A stretch of DNA of 52,736 nucleotides from positions 1-52,736 of the forward strand of contig CAYTTP010000004.1 in the NCBI GenBank assembly GCA_964440955.1, written 5' to 3'. The stretch comes from an uncultured Candidatus Saccharibacteria bacterium. GTDB lineage: Bacteria > Patescibacteriota > Minisyncoccia > Phycocordibacterales > WO2-35-19. Under the pieces are notes generated by a model. That model saw only the letters and a program-made list of their open reading frames with translations. It made no database searches and was not told the DNA's origin. Numbering within the stretch: position 1 is the first letter of the stretch; each line of letters begins with the position of its first letter. Below, one piece after another: positions 50,422 through 52,736 of the stretch. A program made the position numbers and the translations under genes.

Positions 50422-52632
50422 ATGCTAAAGTCGCTCGAAATAGGCGGGTTTAAAAGTTTTGCCAAAAAGACAGATCTTCAATTCAAGTCAAAAGTGACAG
50501 CGATCGTCGGCCCCAATGGAAGCGGCAAATCAAATGTCGCTGAAGCCTTTCGATTTGTGCTTGGCGAGCAATCGATCAAATCAATGCGCGGCAAACGTGG
50601 TGAAGACCTTATTTGGAATGGTTCAACCGAAACACCACGCACAAACCGAGGAAGTGTCAAACTCGTTTTTGACAATCAAGACAAAAAACTAAACATTGAT
50701 TTTGACGAAGTCACGATCGAGCGGGTAGTCCATCGCGACGGCGGCAATGAATATCTTGTAAACGGTACTCAAGTACGACTCAAAGATATTTTTGAGCTTT
50801 TGACTGAAGCGCATATTGGTGCTTCTGGACATCATATTATTTCGCAAGGCGAAGCGGACCGGATTTTGCGCGCAAGCACCAAAGAGAGGCGGGAGATGAT
50901 AGAGGACGCGCTTGGTCTCAAAATATATCAATACAAGCGCGAAGAAAGTGAACGTAAGCTTGAAAAAACAGAAGAAAACGCAAGACAAGTGGAGTCATTG
51001 CGTAGAGAAATCGCCCCTCATTTGAGATTTTTAAAAAAACAAGTAGAAAAAATTGAAAAGGCCGAGGAAGTGCGCGTCCTCCTCATCAACCTGTATCGTG
51101 AATATTTAAAGCGTGAAAAAATATATATTGAAAACCAAGAACAAATCATTGCGACTACTCGAAAACCGCTCGAACACGAGCTCAATCGACTAGAAAAGGC
51201 GATGAATGAAGCAAAGCACATCCTCGAAACCTCCCTCTCAAAAGACAAAAAAAGCACCGAACTACTTCAAATCGAAACTGATATTCAAGCAGCCCGACAC
51301 CAAAAAGATTCACTGGGTAGAGAAATCGGAAAGATCGAAGGGGAAATAGTGGCAACCGAAAGACGCCTCCAAACTATTCGCCTCGAAAATACAAAACAAG
51401 AAAACAAAACCGTACTTCTCCGCGATATCGAAAATCTAGAAAGGGAAATCTCAGTATTATCCGACTTGAAGTCTGTTTTCAATAAGATCAGAGCATTTAT
51501 CGACACGTATAAAGAAACAAAAGATGACCGAGAAGAGCGCGAGCTCACCTCCACAATCGAAAGGTTGGAAAAAACCAAAACTAATATTGAGAGAGAGGCA
51601 ACCGAAGTGGACGCAAACCTCCTCAAACTAAATGATAAGTATCAGGGAATAAAGATTTCGATTGAAAAAGAAAAAGACTCCGAACGCGATGCGGAAAAGG
51701 CAATTTTCAAAATTGCGAGTGAAGAGAGTGAGGTGCGAGGCAAGCTTGCAATCCTCGAAAGGGAAAGGGAGAGAGTGCGCCTGATCAACGAAGACTGGAA
51801 GAGGGAAATAAAGGAAGGCGGGGTCCTGCTCGGGAGCGCTATCACTGGCTTTGAACTTTTACCCCTATACGAAGACGAGGTTTTGAAAGAAGAGCGTAAC
51901 ATTCAAGAAGAACGCAGACGCGAACTGGAAAAAATGAAGATACGACTCGAGGAGCTGGGTGGCCAAGGCGGAACGGAAGTGATGAAGGAATATAAGGAAA
52001 CCCTAGAACGCGATGCCTACTTGGAAAAAGAACTTCAAGACCTATACGATTCATCAAAGTCGCTCCAAAAACTAATAGAAGAATTAGCCGAAAAATTGAA
52101 TGATGAATTCAAATCCGGAGTCTCGCATATCAACAAAAATTTTCAAAAGTATTTTGAACTCATGTTTGGAGGGGGGCAAGCAGAATTAAAAACCACCTCT
52201 CCGGCGGTCAAGTTGAAAACCAAAAAAACAGAAGAAAATTTGATGCAGGAAGAAGAAGAGAAAGAAGAGAAAAGTGAAGAAGGGATAGATATTGCCATAT
52301 CTTTGCCACATAAAAAGCTTCGCAGTCTCGACATGCTCTCAGGTGGTGAGCGAGCTCTCACCTCGATCGCCCTCCTTTTTGCTATCGCCTCTGTCAATCC
52401 GCCTCCTTTTATCATCCTCGACGAGACCGACGCCGCTCTAGACGAAGCTAACTCCAAAAAATACGGCGACGCTATTCAAAAACTTTCTGAACACTCCCAA
52501 CTCATCCTCATCACCCACAACAGGGAAACCATGTCCCGTGCTGGTGTGATTTATGGCGTCACAATGGGCAAAGACAGTGTCTCTCGAGTCCTCTCTATCG
52601 AATTCGACGAAGCAGTTTCTGTTGCGAAGTAA
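50422..52632 (+). CDS. smc: SMC-family ATPase, unusually short (736 aa), no recognisable hinge
   Basis: MLKSLEIGGFKSFAKKTDLQF...GPNGSGKSNVAEAFRFVLGEQS, C-terminal LSGGERALTSIALLFA and ILDETDAALD. Confidence 0.8.
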   Translation: MLKSLEIGGFKSFAKKTDLQFKSKVTAIVGPNGSGKSNVAEAFRFVLGEQSIKSMRGKRGEDLIWNGSTETPRTNRGSVKLVFDNQDKKLNIDFDEVTIERVVHRDGGNEYLVNGTQVRLKDIFELLTEAHIGASGHHIISQGEADRILRASTKERREMIEDALGLKIYQYKREESERKLEKTEENARQVESLRREIAPHLRFLKKQVEKIEKAEEVRVLLINLYREYLKREKIYIENQEQIIATTRKPLEHELNRLEKAMNEAKHILETSLSKDKKSTELLQIETDIQAARHQKDSLGREIGKIEGEIVATERRLQTIRLENTKQENKTVLLRDIENLEREISVLSDLKSVFNKIRAFIDTYKETKDDREERELTSTIERLEKTKTNIEREATEVDANLLKLNDKYQGIKISIEKEKDSERDAEKAIFKIASEESEVRGKLAILERERERVRLINEDWKREIKEGGVLLGSAITGFELLPLYEDEVLKEERNIQEERRRELEKMKIRLEELGGQGGTEVMKEYKETLERDAYLEKELQDLYDSSKSLQKLIEELAEKLNDEFKSGVSHINKNFQKYFELMFGGGQAELKTTSPAVKLKTKKTEENLMQEEEEKEEKSEEGIDIAISLPHKKLRSLDMLSGGERALTSIALLFAIASVNPPPFIILDETDAALDEANSKKYGDAIQKLSEHSQLILITHNRETMSRAGVIYGVTMGKDSVSRVLSIEFDEAVSVAK

Positions 52633-52676
52633 AAAATTGACTTATTGATCACTCTGGTATACTTTACTATCCAGCA

Positions 52677-52706
52677 GATAGCCCTCCCCCAACCCCTGAA
52701 TTAGGA
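52677..52706 (+). repeat. Degenerate C-rich repeat element near the window end
   Basis: ATAGCCCTCCCCCAACCCCTGAATTAGG; preceded by TTGACT...TATACT at 52637-52663. Confidence 0.35.
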
Positions 52707-52736
52707 CAAATTAGTTTCTAAATTATACAGACTTGG

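Noticed and set aside
1-52736. Alternative genetic code (UGA or UAG reassignment, as in some candidate phyla)
   Set aside because: TGA ends sipW-like (1721-1723), ftsA and ybeY at the expected lengths. TAG ends the TasA-like, 3271-4398 and trxB genes. Conserved proteins translate full length with the standard code, and RF1 is encoded.

Overview
Gene-dense 52.7-kb chromosomal segment from a small, AT-leaning bacterial genome, mostly housekeeping genes. Several protein architectures suggest Patescibacteria/CPR (inference, no search run): split transketolase, ThrRS without a TGS domain, a 312-aa RF1, a 736-aa SMC with no recognisable hinge, and PheS fused to an FDX-ACB domain. Recognisable genes: ftsZ/ftsA, ybeY, rpsU, lepB, pth, rpsA, nrdAB, gap-rpiB-rpe-tkt(N/C)-pfkB-fba, rplY, rpmE, prfA, rpsB-tsf, pheS, gyrB, thrS, dnaE, rnhB, rpmF, nusB, rnc, smc, and tRNA-Val and tRNA-Thr. 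I saw no rRNA, CRISPR array, transposase, integrase or phage genes. The code looks standard: TAA, TAG and TGA all end conserved genes, and an RF1 gene is present. Observations worth a second look: (1) a SipW-peptidase/TasA-like operon (511-4900) extended by lamin-tail, FN3-like and CAP-domain proteins, whose first gene carries an in-frame TAG. (2) Two expression styles: many core genes have an extended -10 box 6-7 nt before the ATG with no Shine-Dalgarno (likely leaderless), while a few more G+C-rich orphan cassettes carry TTGAC(A/T) -35 boxes, leaders, SD sites and hairpin terminators. These cassettes sit between conserved neighbours (ftsA|ftsZ, nrdB|gap, gyrB|thrS, dnaE|rnhB), and two are bracketed by duplicated terminators. 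(3) A roughly 300-nt G+C-rich, helix-rich element upstream of rnhB that I could not assign to any RNA family. (4) A C-rich palindromic repeat family, one copy lying in frame inside rnhB. (5) A Cas2-fold/PaaX-like gene bracketed by two related 32-bp palindromes. (6) The tRNA-Val 3' end duplicated 166 bp downstream. All calls are by eye from the sequence and ORF track; no database searches or folding programs were run.
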